A stretch of 64,000 bases of DNA from Alphaproteobacteria bacterium (GTDB lineage: Bacteria > Pseudomonadota > Alphaproteobacteria > GCA-2746255). The notes under the pieces were generated by a model. It did no database searches and had not been told where the DNA came from. It was given only the letters and a program-made list of their open reading frames with translations. Position 1 is the stretch's first letter. Each line of letters starts with the position of its first letter. A program made the translations under genes and the position numbers. Below are positions 55,402 through 64,000 of the stretch, one piece after another. The DNA lies in contig OZ252220.1 in assembly GCA_965249135.1 (NCBI GenBank), positions 1,990,056 to 2,054,055 on the forward strand, given 5' to 3'.

Positions 55402-55529
55402 TGCGGGTATTGCCTTGGGTAGTCGCTTTTCTTCCCAGGCGGTGGCTCAAGTGAACCCTTCTTGCCACAAGCGTTCAGCGTTATGGCAAGACAAAAGGCA
55501 AGCACCAGCGAAAGAATCGCCTGCCTCAT
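55398..55529 (-). CDS. micro-lipoprotein (43 aa, lipobox LNAC), LptM/YifL-like, overlapping the lysA start (ATGA)
   Basis: Unlisted [46 protein letters not shown]; signal peptide plus lipobox. Conserved position upstream of lysA. Confidence 0.6.
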   Translation of the reverse strand: MRQAILSLVLAFCLAITLNACGKKGSLEPPPGKKSDYPRQYPQ

Positions 55530-56947
55530 AAGAAACGACCTCTCGCCTTACGTATAGCTTCCCGTACGTTTTCCGGTGCTGTACCGCCGGCGCTCGTCCG
55601 GCTTTCGACGGAACGCTCGACGCCCAGCACATCGAAAACGGCCTCCGTGATTCCAGCCTCGACGCGCTGCATATCTCCAATGAAGAGCGCTTCCAGGCCG
55701 ACGCCCTTCTTCTCCGCCTGCTTCACGAGCTCGCCGGTGACGCGATGGGCCTCGCGGAAGCTGAGTCCAAGCACCCGGACCAGCCAGTCGGCGAGATCCG
55801 TCGCCGTCGTATAGCCTTCGCCCGCCGCCACATGCATCCGCTCCTTATCCACCTCGAGGTCGACAACCATGCCGGTCATCGCGGCGAGGCACAGAAGCAA
55901 GGTATCAGTCGTATCAAACACCGGCTCCTTGTCCTCCTGCATGTCCTTGCTATAGGTGAGCGGCAGCCCCTTCATCACGATGAGAAGGGCGGAAAGCGCG
56001 CCCAGGATCCGGCCTGTCTTGCCACGAACGAGTTCGGCGGCATCCGGATTGCGCTTTTGGGGCATGATCGAGCTGCCCGTCGAAAAGGCGTCGGAAAGGC
56101 GTACAAAGCCAAACGCCGTGCTTGACCAAAGCACGATCTCTTCGGCCAGCCGCGATAGGTGTGTCGCCGCAATCGCCGCAGTGCTCAGAAATTCCAACGC
56201 AAAGTCCCGATCGCTCACGGCGTCCATCGAGTTTGCCATTGGGCGGTCGAAGCCAAGGGTTGCCGCCGTCATCTCCCGATCGATGGGGAAGGACGTTCCG
56301 GCAAGCGCCGCCGCACCGAGCGGACTTTCGTTCAGCCGCTTCCGACAATCCTGAAACCGTCCCCGGTCGCGCCCGAACATCTCGACATAGGCCAGAAGAT
56401 GATGGCCGAAGGATACCGGTTGGGCCGCCTGGAGATGCGTGAAGCCGGGCAGCAAGGTCTCGGCGTGCTCTTCGGCCCGGTCGATCAGTGCCGCCTGCAG
56501 CTCCCGGATCGCAAGGTCGCACGCGTCGATCGCCTCCCGCACCCAAAGCCGAAGGTCGGTGGCCACCTGATCGTTCCGCGAACGCGCCGTATGCAGTTTC
56601 CCTGCGGCGTTGCCGATAAGCTCCCGAAGCCGTACTTCGATATTCATGTGGATGTCCTCAAACACCGTCTTGAACTCAAATTCACCTTTCTCGATCTCCG
56701 CTTCGATTCGCTCAAGACCCATGAGAATTTCCTCACCGTCCTTGCGATCCAGAATCCCAGTCGCGATGAGCATGGCGCAATGCGCCTTCGAGCCGGCGAT
56801 GTCCTGCGCATAAAGGCGCTTGTCAAAGCCGATGGAAGCATTAATTGTCTCAAGGACAGCATCCGGGCCGCCGTCAAAACGGCCCTGCCGTATTGTTCGG
56901 TTGCCATCCTTCGCGGAGGAGGTCTTTGGTTTCATGTCACAATACAA
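55526..56947 (-). CDS. argH: argininosuccinate lyase
   Basis: Fumarate-lyase family signature [12 protein letters not shown]. Confidence 0.92.
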   Translation of the reverse strand: MYCDMKPKTSSAKDGNRTIRQGRFDGGPDAVLETINASIGFDKRLYAQDIAGSKAHCAMLIATGILDRKDGEEILMGLERIEAEIEKGEFEFKTVFEDIHMNIEVRLRELIGNAAGKLHTARSRNDQVATDLRLWVREAIDACDLAIRELQAALIDRAEEHAETLLPGFTHLQAAQPVSFGHHLLAYVEMFGRDRGRFQDCRKRLNESPLGAAALAGTSFPIDREMTAATLGFDRPMANSMDAVSDRDFALEFLSTAAIAATHLSRLAEEIVLWSSTAFGFVRLSDAFSTGSSIMPQKRNPDAAELVRGKTGRILGALSALLIVMKGLPLTYSKDMQEDKEPVFDTTDTLLLCLAAMTGMVVDLEVDKERMHVAAGEGYTTATDLADWLVRVLGLSFREAHRVTGELVKQAEKKGVGLEALFIGDMQRVEAGITEAVFDVLGVERSVESRTSAGGTAPENVREAIRKARGRFL

Positions 56948-56955
56948 GATTCACA

Positions 56956-57537
56956 GTGTCTAACCGCTTACGTCTAATTCTCTTTTTGGGAGCGTTTGCC
57001 GTTCTTGCCAGTCTTGCGGTCTGGTGGTGGCAACCCAACCGCGTGCCGGCTGAACGCCCCGTGCCAACGGTCCAGCACTTTACGCCGCTTTCAAAGCCCC
57101 GACCAGTACCGGATGTGGTCTTCTATGACGGGGATGAATCGGAACGACGCTTTGCGGATTTTCGCGGAAAGGGGATCGTTCTGAACTTCTGGGCCACTTG
57201 GTGTGGTCCTTGCGTCCGTGAAATGCCGACCCTCGATCGGTTGGCGGATCGGATCGCCAAGGATGACATTGTCGTTCTCCCGCTTTCCCAGGACCGCAAG
57301 GGACTTGCGGTCGTGAAACCCTTCTATAAGCGCCTCGGAATAAAAAATCTCGAGATTTATCTAGATCCGAAAGGCAAGGCAGCAGGTCCGTTTGGCCTGG
57401 AATCCCTGCCCGTCACCGTCTTCGTCGATCGCGAGGGCCTGATGGTCGGAAGCCTCACCGGCCTTGCCGAGTGGGATTCCCCGGAAGCCATCGCACTCAT
57501 CCGCTCTTATCTTGGGAAATCGGCTGCCCGGGATTAG
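56956..57537 (+). CDS. tlpA: thiol:disulfide interchange protein TlpA-like (membrane-anchored thioredoxin), probable GTG start; the listed ORF begins at 56845
   Basis: TM anchor followed by thioredoxin fold with WATWCGPC active site. Confidence 0.8.
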   Translation: MSNRLRLILFLGAFAVLASLAVWWWQPNRVPAERPVPTVQHFTPLSKPRPVPDVVFYDGDESERRFADFRGKGIVLNFWATWCGPCVREMPTLDRLADRIAKDDIVVLPLSQDRKGLAVVKPFYKRLGIKNLEIYLDPKGKAAGPFGLESLPVTVFVDREGLMVGSLTGLAEWDSPEAIALIRSYLGKSAARD

Positions 57538-58406
57538 CGAGTGGGCACGGGCTCTGCGCCGGAGTAGTCGTAAAAGCCGCGTTTTGTCTTTCGACCCAGC
57601 CAACCGGCTTCGACGTATTTCACCAGCAGCGGGCAGGGGCGATACTTCGTGTCCGCCAAACCCTCGTTCAATACCTGCATGATGGAGAGGCAGACGTCGA
57701 GTCCGATGAAATCGGCGAGCTCCAGCGGTCCCATCCGGTGGTTTGCACCCAATCGCATGGCGCGATCGATCTCTTCGACGGAGCCGACGCCCTCATAGAG
57801 GATGTAGATCGCCTCGTTGATCATAGGAACGAGAATACGGTTCACAATGAAAGCTGGAAAATCTTCCGCAACGGAGACGGTTTTCCCAATCCGCTTCGCA
57901 AGGTCCTGGATCGTGTGAAACGTCTCGTCATTCGTCGCAATCCCGCGAATCAACTCGATCAGCTCCATAACCGGCACGGGGTTCATGAAATGCATGCCGA
58001 TAAATTTCTCCGGTCGGTCCGTTACCGAAGCGAGCTTTGTAACCGAAATCGACGAGGTGTTCGTAGCGACGATAGCGTCTGGCTTTAGATTTGGAACAAG
58101 CTCTTCCAAAATCTTCGACTTCACTTGTTCATCTTCGGTCGCGGCTTCGATCACAAGATCACACTCCTTGAAGGATGCGTAATCCGTCGTTGTATGAATC
58201 CGTTTGAGAGCTGCGTCCTGATCGTCCTCCGAGATTTTTCCGCGGCTGATTTGGCGGGCCATATTATGCTTGATCGTATCCATCGCCTTGTTCAGTCGTT
58301 CATCGCTCACGTCCTTGAGCGCGATATCCATACCGGCGAGCGCCAGCACATGGGTAATGCCGCTGCCCATTTGCCCTGCGCCGATAACACCAACTTTTTC
58401 AATCAT
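57534..58406 (-). CDS. hbd: 3-hydroxybutyryl-CoA dehydrogenase
   Basis: IGAGQMGSGI Rossmann motif; 3HCDH N and C domains. Confidence 0.9.
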   Translation of the reverse strand: MIEKVGVIGAGQMGSGITHVLALAGMDIALKDVSDERLNKAMDTIKHNMARQISRGKISEDDQDAALKRIHTTTDYASFKECDLVIEAATEDEQVKSKILEELVPNLKPDAIVATNTSSISVTKLASVTDRPEKFIGMHFMNPVPVMELIELIRGIATNDETFHTIQDLAKRIGKTVSVAEDFPAFIVNRILVPMINEAIYILYEGVGSVEEIDRAMRLGANHRMGPLELADFIGLDVCLSIMQVLNEGLADTKYRPCPLLVKYVEAGWLGRKTKRGFYDYSGAEPVPTR

Positions 58407-58439
58407 AAGATGGACTCTTCCGACCGACTCTCAAGCTGG

Positions 58440-59372
58440 TTATAGCACCTTGTCGAGTTCTTCCGCCAGCGCCGGTAAGGCTTTGAACAAATCCTCGACC
58501 AATCCGTAGTCGGCCACTTGGAAAATGGGCGCTTCCTCGTCCTTGTTGATGGCAACAATTACCTTGCTGTCTTTCATCCCCGCCAGGTGCTGAATCGCCC
58601 CCGAGATGCCAACGGCAATGTACAACTCTGGCGCGACGATCTTCCCGGTCTGACCAACCTGATAATTGCTGGGAACGAAACCCGCATCGACGGCCGCTCG
58701 AGAAGCGCCGATGGCCGCTCCCAGACGATCGGCGATTTCTTCCAAGAGTTTGAAATTTTCACCGCTTTGCATGCCGCGTCCACCGGAAATGATGATCCGT
58801 GCGCTGGTCAGCTCGGGGCGTTCCGATTTGCTCAATTCCTGTCCCATGAAACTGGAAAGATCGCTTGCTTCTATTGCTTCCGCGGTTTCGATGGTGGCCG
58901 ATCCCCCTTCCGCGTTCGCTGCCTGGAAGGCGGTAGCACGTACGGTGATGACCTTGATTGGATCCGAGGATTGCACGGTCGCAAGCGCATTTCCGGCGTA
59001 GATCGGACGCACGAACGTATCCGCAGAAAGGATTCCCACAATGTCGGAAATTTGTGCGACGTCGAGTAGCGCTGCAACGCGCGGTAAAACATTCTTCCCA
59101 AACGTCGTCGAAGGGGCAAGCACATGGCTGTAAGCGCCGGCGAGTTTAACGACAAGCGGGGCAAGGCTTTCGGCAAGCGCATGATTGTATTGTTCCTCGT
59201 TCGCTGCGAGGACTTTCGTAACTCCTTCGATCCGTGCCGCTGCCTTTGCGTCTCCTTTACCGGCAAGCAGAAGATGTACGTCCGTATCCAGTTCGCGGGC
59301 GGCCGCAACGGTATGCCGGGTCGCGGGCCGGATCCCGGTCTCGTCGTGTTCGGCGATTACAAGAACACTCAT
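58440..59372 (-). CDS. etfA: electron transfer flavoprotein subunit alpha
   Basis: ETF alpha FAD-binding C-terminal domain ([19 protein letters not shown]). Confidence 0.92.
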   Translation of the reverse strand: MSVLVIAEHDETGIRPATRHTVAAARELDTDVHLLLAGKGDAKAAARIEGVTKVLAANEEQYNHALAESLAPLVVKLAGAYSHVLAPSTTFGKNVLPRVAALLDVAQISDIVGILSADTFVRPIYAGNALATVQSSDPIKVITVRATAFQAANAEGGSATIETAEAIEASDLSSFMGQELSKSERPELTSARIIISGGRGMQSGENFKLLEEIADRLGAAIGASRAAVDAGFVPSNYQVGQTGKIVAPELYIAVGISGAIQHLAGMKDSKVIVAINKDEEAPIFQVADYGLVEDLFKALPALAEELDKVL

Positions 59373-60124
59373 CCAAGGACCCCGGCTTCGTTTTTGAGTT
59401 TGTCGACCAGTTCCGTGACGCTCCCGACCTTGACGCCTGTTTCCCGCTTCGGGGGCTCCTCAACCTTCAGCAGCTTTAGCCTTGGGCTTGCATCGATGCC
59501 AAGTTCCTCCGCTTTTAGGATGTCGAGCGGCTTCTGTTTTGCCTTCATGATATTCGGAAGTGAAGCATAGCGTGGCTCGTTCAGGCGAAGATCCGTCGTT
59601 ATGATCGCCGGAAGTTTTAAGGAAACCGTCTCAAGACCACCGTCGACTTCACGTACAACTTCTGCCTTGCCATCATCCTTTATCGTCACCTTCGAAGCAA
59701 AGGTCCCCTGCGGCCAGCCAAGAAGAGCGGCCAGCATCTGACCGGTCTGATTGCTGTCGTCGTCAATGGCCTGCTTGCCGGCAAGCACGAGATCGATTTC
59801 TTCCTTTTCAACCACCGCTTTTAGGGTTTTTGCGACAGCGAGCGGTTCCATATCGGTTTCCGTCTCGACGAGGATTGCACGATCCGCCCCCATGGCCAGC
59901 GCCGTGCGAAGCGTTTCTTGGCATTTCGGAACGCCGATCGAAACAACAACGATTTCGGTAACCACCCCACCTTCCTTCAAACGAACCGCCTCCTCGATGG
60001 CGATCTCGTCGAAGGGATTCATCGACATCTTTACATTGGCGGTCTCGACGCCCGTGTTATCCGCCTTCACCCGAACACGAACGTTGTAATCAATGACCCG
60101 TTTAACGGCGACGAGTGCTTTCAT
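59369..60124 (-). CDS. etfB: electron transfer flavoprotein subunit beta
   Basis: ETF beta signature ([15 protein letters not shown]). Confidence 0.92.
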   Translation of the reverse strand: MKALVAVKRVIDYNVRVRVKADNTGVETANVKMSMNPFDEIAIEEAVRLKEGGVVTEIVVVSIGVPKCQETLRTALAMGADRAILVETETDMEPLAVAKTLKAVVEKEEIDLVLAGKQAIDDDSNQTGQMLAALLGWPQGTFASKVTIKDDGKAEVVREVDGGLETVSLKLPAIITTDLRLNEPRYASLPNIMKAKQKPLDILKAEELGIDASPRLKLLKVEEPPKRETGVKVGSVTELVDKLKNEAGVLG

Positions 60125-60288
60125 CAGAAATAAGTAAAGTTGAGAAAACCGATCGATTGGCTGGTTCAGGGATTAAGATCGGCGCTGGTCAAATCAACCC
60201 GGCCACCGCTTTTCGCCGTCGCACAGTAAGGGCGCATAAGGGAGGTGTCAATTCTAAGGAGGGGGAATTTGGAAGGATTGGGAAGGGG

Positions 60289-60846
60289 TTAACGATTGGC
60301 GCCCGGGCGCCAGAGGACGTCTTCCTTGCCGTCGTCGTTCAGGTGCCGGGTGAGAACGAACAGAAGATCGGACAGACGGTTCACATAGCGGATGGCGATG
60401 GGATTGACGGATTCCTTGCTCGCGAGCTCCGTCATTTGGCGCTCGGCGCGCCGAACGACGGTGCGTGCAAGATGAAGATAAGCGGCGGCCGGATTCCCTC
60501 CGGGCAGAACGAAAGAATCGAGAGGCGCCAGCTTGGCATTGATCGTGTCGATTTCCTCTTCAAGCCGAGTGACCTGGGAGTCAACGATCCGAAGGACATT
60601 CTCCTTCCCATCCTCCGGTGTGCAAAGGTCGGCCCCTAAATCGAAAAGGTCGTCCTGAATGCGACGCAGGATATCATCGGCCTTTCCACTGGTATGGAGG
60701 CGTGCGATCCCGATAACGGCGTTTGCTTCATCGATCGTTCCGTAAGCCGCGACGCGTAAGTCATGCTTTGGAACGCGCCCGCCTCCTCCAAGGGAAGTCT
60801 CTCCTTTGTCGCCACCGCGCGTGTAAATTTTTGTGAGCCGTACCAT
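60289..60846 (-). CDS. cob(I)yrinic acid a,c-diamide adenosyltransferase, PduO/MMAB type
   Basis: TRGGDKGETSL N-terminus typical of PduO-type ATP:cob(I)alamin adenosyltransferases. Confidence 0.85.
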   Translation of the reverse strand: MVRLTKIYTRGGDKGETSLGGGGRVPKHDLRVAAYGTIDEANAVIGIARLHTSGKADDILRRIQDDLFDLGADLCTPEDGKENVLRIVDSQVTRLEEEIDTINAKLAPLDSFVLPGGNPAAAYLHLARTVVRRAERQMTELASKESVNPIAIRYVNRLSDLLFVLTRHLNDDGKEDVLWRPGANR

Positions 60847-60855
60847 CGTGCTTAA

Positions 60856-61065
60856 TTAGCTTTGCGTTGTCAGAAGAAACATCAGCGCGAGGAGGACAAT
60901 GGCGACCCCCTGCGTGATGACGCGCCAGCGCATGAGCTTGTTTGAATATTTCGCGTTAAATTCGCCGCCTCGGAACATGGCAACGATGCCCGTCGCCAAC
61001 ACGGCAAGAACTGCGAACAGGGCGAGCCCAATGAGATAGGGAAGGATATCCTTAAGCATTTCCAT
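60856..61065 (-). CDS. twin-transmembrane-helix small protein (HIG1-like)
   Basis: 69 aa with two TM helices separated by a short basic loop. Confidence 0.6.
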   Translation of the reverse strand: MEMLKDILPYLIGLALFAVLAVLATGIVAMFRGGEFNAKYSNKLMRWRVITQGVAIVLLALMFLLTTQS

Positions 61066-61150
61066 ATGGAAAGCTTAGCCCGCCATCCGTCGGAGACCCA
61101 GCAAAAAGAAGCCGCTTGATTTAGGACAGGAAGGTCTCAAGCGTCATGCC

Positions 61151-61420
61151 TTACGCACCTTGAGAGGGGAAAAACTCGGCGACATCTCCCGGCATCTTCA
61201 GTGCGGCTTTCTCCGCCGCGATCAGATCCGACTCACCGTTTTTGTCCACGGCACAAACCGCGCGCCCGTCCTTGAACAGAAGCGCGTTGGCCTTCGGGTG
61301 TAGAACTGGCTTCGCGTAGCGGTAGGTTTTCACGGCGAGGCCGTAGGGCGTCGGGGCCCCGTTCGCATCGGCGTACCCCTCGGCCTCGATGAGAGTTGAA
61401 AATTCCAGATACTTTATCAT
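61151..61420 (-). CDS. hypothetical protein (89 aa), third gene of an overlapping three-gene operon
   Basis: ORF with ATGA overlap to the upstream gene; no family recognised. Confidence 0.45.
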   Translation of the reverse strand: MIKYLEFSTLIEAEGYADANGAPTPYGLAVKTYRYAKPVLHPKANALLFKDGRAVCAVDKNGESDLIAAEKAALKMPGDVAEFFPSQGA

Positions 61421-62213
61421 GAAAGCGTGATCCCATATTTCGCTGCGAAATGGTTCCGCAAGGTCATCTGTTCGTCGGCGCTTGGGATGGAGGAATAAAG
61501 CGCGACCTCCGCGATCTTGCCGTCGTAATCACGCCCGCTCGACCAGTCCGCCCCAAGATGGAGGTCGGCAGCCGCGTCGCTGGTAGCCGTCCCCACTGGA
61601 GTGACGGCTTCGGTCAGCGTATTCACGACCCCATCTACTCTAATTATTGGGTCGTTCGACACGCTGTCCCTGTCATATTCAATTTCGACAAGGTGGGTTT
61701 GCCCCGCCACGATCGGACGGATGGGGTTGGACGTAATCCAGTTTGGGGATGCTGTATCGAAATCTTGCCAGAAGGTAATGCGCCCCGCTCCGCCACTCTC
61801 AGCGGAGATATAAAATCCCCACCCAACGACACCAGAAGCGTCCTTCGCAACAACACGCTCCCAATCATCCGGGTTCTTGATCTGGTCGGCGTTCATCACC
61901 ACAGCAACGTAACCACCAGCAGCAAATAGATTATCAATGGTGGTGTCGGCCGGAACGTCCAAACGGTCAACCGCGCTGACCCCAACGAAGTCAACGGCCG
62001 GAAAACCGTTAACTGTGCCTGGCGGCGGTTGCTTCATCGCCGTCCCTTGCGCGGCGTGGTTGCCGTTCCCGGAGAAGTCATCCCATTGCGAGATGGCGCT
62101 TCCATTCATCGTGAGCGGCGACTTGTTCCCGACGAGCCAGAGCGCAAGTCCCGGAATCGCGGCCGGCGAAAAGGCCGCCCCCGGATTTAGAAGAGCCCCC
62201 GCCTTGCCGAGCA
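61417..62213 (-). CDS. LamG-like (concanavalin A-like lectin/glucanase fold, Laminin_G_3-type) protein; start at MLGKAG, the listed ORF extends to 62589
   Basis: LALWL...SQWDDFSGNGNHAAQ...FDG and a later W...H hallmark of Laminin_G_3 domains. Confidence 0.6.
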
Positions 62214-62549
62214 TTACTCCAGCTCCGAGACGTAGAGCGTGACGTCCGCGCTCGCGCGGATTGCCGCGAGATGGGTGTCCCGTCCCGCCTTTCCCTGACC
62301 GAGAGAAAGATAAAGATAGGTTCCGCCGGGAAGGTAATGGTCCGTCGCTGCGGCCACGACGGTCGAATCGCCGCTGCGGATGAAACTCGGCCCCGTCGCA
62401 TAGACGGCAATCACGCGGGCAGCCGCATCGAAGGCTGTGGTGTTTCGCATGCTGGTCGCCGTCACGCCCAAGGAATGGGCCTTGCCGGCCTTGAGTCGGA
62501 GTGCCTGGATCGGCAGGTTGTCGTCGTCTCGGGGAAGGAGGGTCGTCAT
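62214..62549 (-). CDS. hypothetical protein (111 aa), first gene of the three-gene operon
   Basis: Stop TAA immediately followed by the ATG of the LamG-like gene; weak resemblance to small phage structural proteins. Confidence 0.45.
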   Translation of the reverse strand: MTTLLPRDDDNLPIQALRLKAGKAHSLGVTATSMRNTTAFDAAARVIAVYATGPSFIRSGDSTVVAAATDHYLPGGTYLYLSLGQGKAGRDTHLAAIRASADVTLYVSELE

Positions 62550-62686
62550 GGGTAGCTCCTGGATTGGCGATAAGGAAAATTGGGCGCAAAAAACGCCCGC
62601 CGGCTGTGCCGTGGGCGCCGGTCTTCCAAGGGTAGATAGGATTTTATTCCCTTTTTAGGGGATTTGTCAAGGCCGCGATGGGCCCA

Positions 62687-63937
62687 CTAATTGCGCTTGG
62701 CCAACAGTCCGCGGGTGATCACCTGGGCCTGGATTTCACCAGCCCCTTCAAAAATATTGAGAATCCGCGCATCGCACAGGACCCGGCTGATGGCGTATTC
62801 CTCCGCATAGCCGTTGCCGCCGTGAATCTGGAGTGCGTTGTCGGCGCTCGCCCAGGCGATCCGGGCCGCCAACAGCTTCGCCATGCCCGCCTCGACGTCG
62901 CAACGTCGCTCTGCATCCTTCTCGCGCGCGGCAAAATAGGTAAGCTGCCGTGCTAGCATGATTTCCGCCGCCATCGAGGCAACCTTTCCCGCGACCCGGG
63001 GGAATTCATAAATCGACTGTCCGAATTGGATCCGCTCGAGTGCATAGCGAAGACCGAGCTCCATCGCATTCTGGGCAACGCCCACCGCGCGGGCCGCTGT
63101 TTGAACGCGCGCACTCTCGAAGGTTGCCATCAATTGCTTGAAGCCCTCGCCCTCCTTCTCGCCGAGCAGGTTTTCCGCCGGCACCTCAAAATCATCGAAG
63201 CCGATCTCATATTCTTTCATCCCCCGGTAGCCGAGCACCTTGATCTCCCCGCCGGACATGCCCGGACCCGGGAAAGGATCGGCATCGCTGCCACGCGGTT
63301 TTTCCGCGAGGAACATGCTTAAGCCCTTGTAACCTTTTTCATCCGGATTGGTGCGGACGAGCAGCGTCATGAGATCTGCCCGCGCGGCATGGGTGATCCA
63401 GGTCTTATTCCCGGTGACGCGATAGACCTCGGCGCCATCCGCATTCGTCGTCCGCACGGCGCGGGCACGCAGGCTTGCCAGATCCGAGCCGACATTCGGT
63501 TCTGTAAAAACGGCCGTCGGCAAGATTTCACCGTTCGCGATTCTTGGAAGGTAGCGTTCCTTCTGGGATGCAGTTCCATGATTTCGAATAAGCTCGGCGG
63601 CGATTTCCGATCGCGTGCCCAGAGAACCAACGCCGATATAGGCGCGACTCAATTCTTCCGTGACGACGCACATGGTGGTCTTGCTCAGCCCATGGCCACC
63701 GAACTCTTCCGGAATCGTGAGACCGAAGACACCCAACTCGCCCATCTGCCGAAGAATATCCAGCGGGATAAGCTCGTCTTTAAGATGCCATTCATGGGCA
63801 TAAGGCGTGATTTGCTCATCGGCAAAGCGATGAAACTGCTCCCGGATCAATTCCAGGGTTTCATCGGCAAGGCCAAGTGCCCCGAAATTTCCGGTGTCGA
63901 GACTATCCCTTAACAATTCCGCAAGCCGCATCCTCAA
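62687..63937 (-). CDS. acyl-CoA dehydrogenase family protein
   Basis: ACAD N/M/C domains; catalytic region ...YAEEYAISR near the C-terminus. Confidence 0.88.
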   Translation of the reverse strand: MRMRLAELLRDSLDTGNFGALGLADETLELIREQFHRFADEQITPYAHEWHLKDELIPLDILRQMGELGVFGLTIPEEFGGHGLSKTTMCVVTEELSRAYIGVGSLGTRSEIAAELIRNHGTASQKERYLPRIANGEILPTAVFTEPNVGSDLASLRARAVRTTNADGAEVYRVTGNKTWITHAARADLMTLLVRTNPDEKGYKGLSMFLAEKPRGSDADPFPGPGMSGGEIKVLGYRGMKEYEIGFDDFEVPAENLLGEKEGEGFKQLMATFESARVQTAARAVGVAQNAMELGLRYALERIQFGQSIYEFPRVAGKVASMAAEIMLARQLTYFAAREKDAERRCDVEAGMAKLLAARIAWASADNALQIHGGNGYAEEYAISRVLCDARILNIFEGAGEIQAQVITRGLLAKRN

Positions 63938-64000
63938 CCCGTCGCCCCTCCCGCGGAAGGCGAGTTCGTTTACCGACTCGTCCGCGACGAAGCCCCTGAA

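Overview
This 64 kb window is a high-GC (~60%) chromosomal segment that looks alphaproteobacterial. The hemC-hemD-Mic60-hemY-like gene order and the codon usage are typical of Alphaproteobacteria.

What the window contains, from start to end:
- A rhodanese-arsM arsenic-methylation pair, with arsM interrupted by a perfect 14-bp tandem duplication, and a divergent MarR regulator.
- A cytochrome P460-family gene carrying unusual Cys-rich NPCAAK-type repeat modules, then a DUF3179 gene and a GMC oxidoreductase with a small coupled partner.
- An acyl-CoA synthetase, a secreted DUF1329-like protein, a heme-less P460-like paralog, a His-rich hypothetical and a cytochrome c.
- A complete pqqABCDE operon. 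pqqA is a 27-codon gene hidden inside a longer spurious ORF.
- Two ABC transporter systems. One is the PQQ-dehydrogenase-associated type: a LivK-like binding protein, a YVTN beta-propeller, an ABC-2 ATPase and a permease.
- A 1647-aa NAD-glutamate dehydrogenase, then purH.
- An O-antigen/polysaccharide cluster: WbpM-like, epimerase, WbpL-like, O-antigen ligase, FkbM methyltransferase and heparinase II/III.
- rpe, rsmB and a DUF1674 gene.
- A ~2.4 kb IS1595-family element bounded by a 17-bp direct repeat and imperfect terminal inverted repeats. It carries passenger genes (DUF3892 and small ORFs) and a 38-bp perfect tandem duplication upstream of the DUF3892 gene.
- A thermonuclease, then acs, yciI, gpsA and tsaD.
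- hemC-hemD-alphaMic60-hemY-like, tRNA-Thr(CGU) and cspA.
- A Fur-box-like site upstream of a cupredoxin-FTR1-beta-barrel iron-uptake operon.
- lysA with an overlapping micro-lipoprotein, argH, tlpA, hbd-etfAB, a PduO-type adenosyltransferase and a twin-TM small protein.
- A three-gene overlapping operon that includes a LamG-like protein, and an acyl-CoA dehydrogenase.

No rRNA genes or CRISPR arrays were seen.

Several genes carry apparent single-base frameshifts in short homopolymers, which suggests either draft-quality sequence or pseudogenisation.
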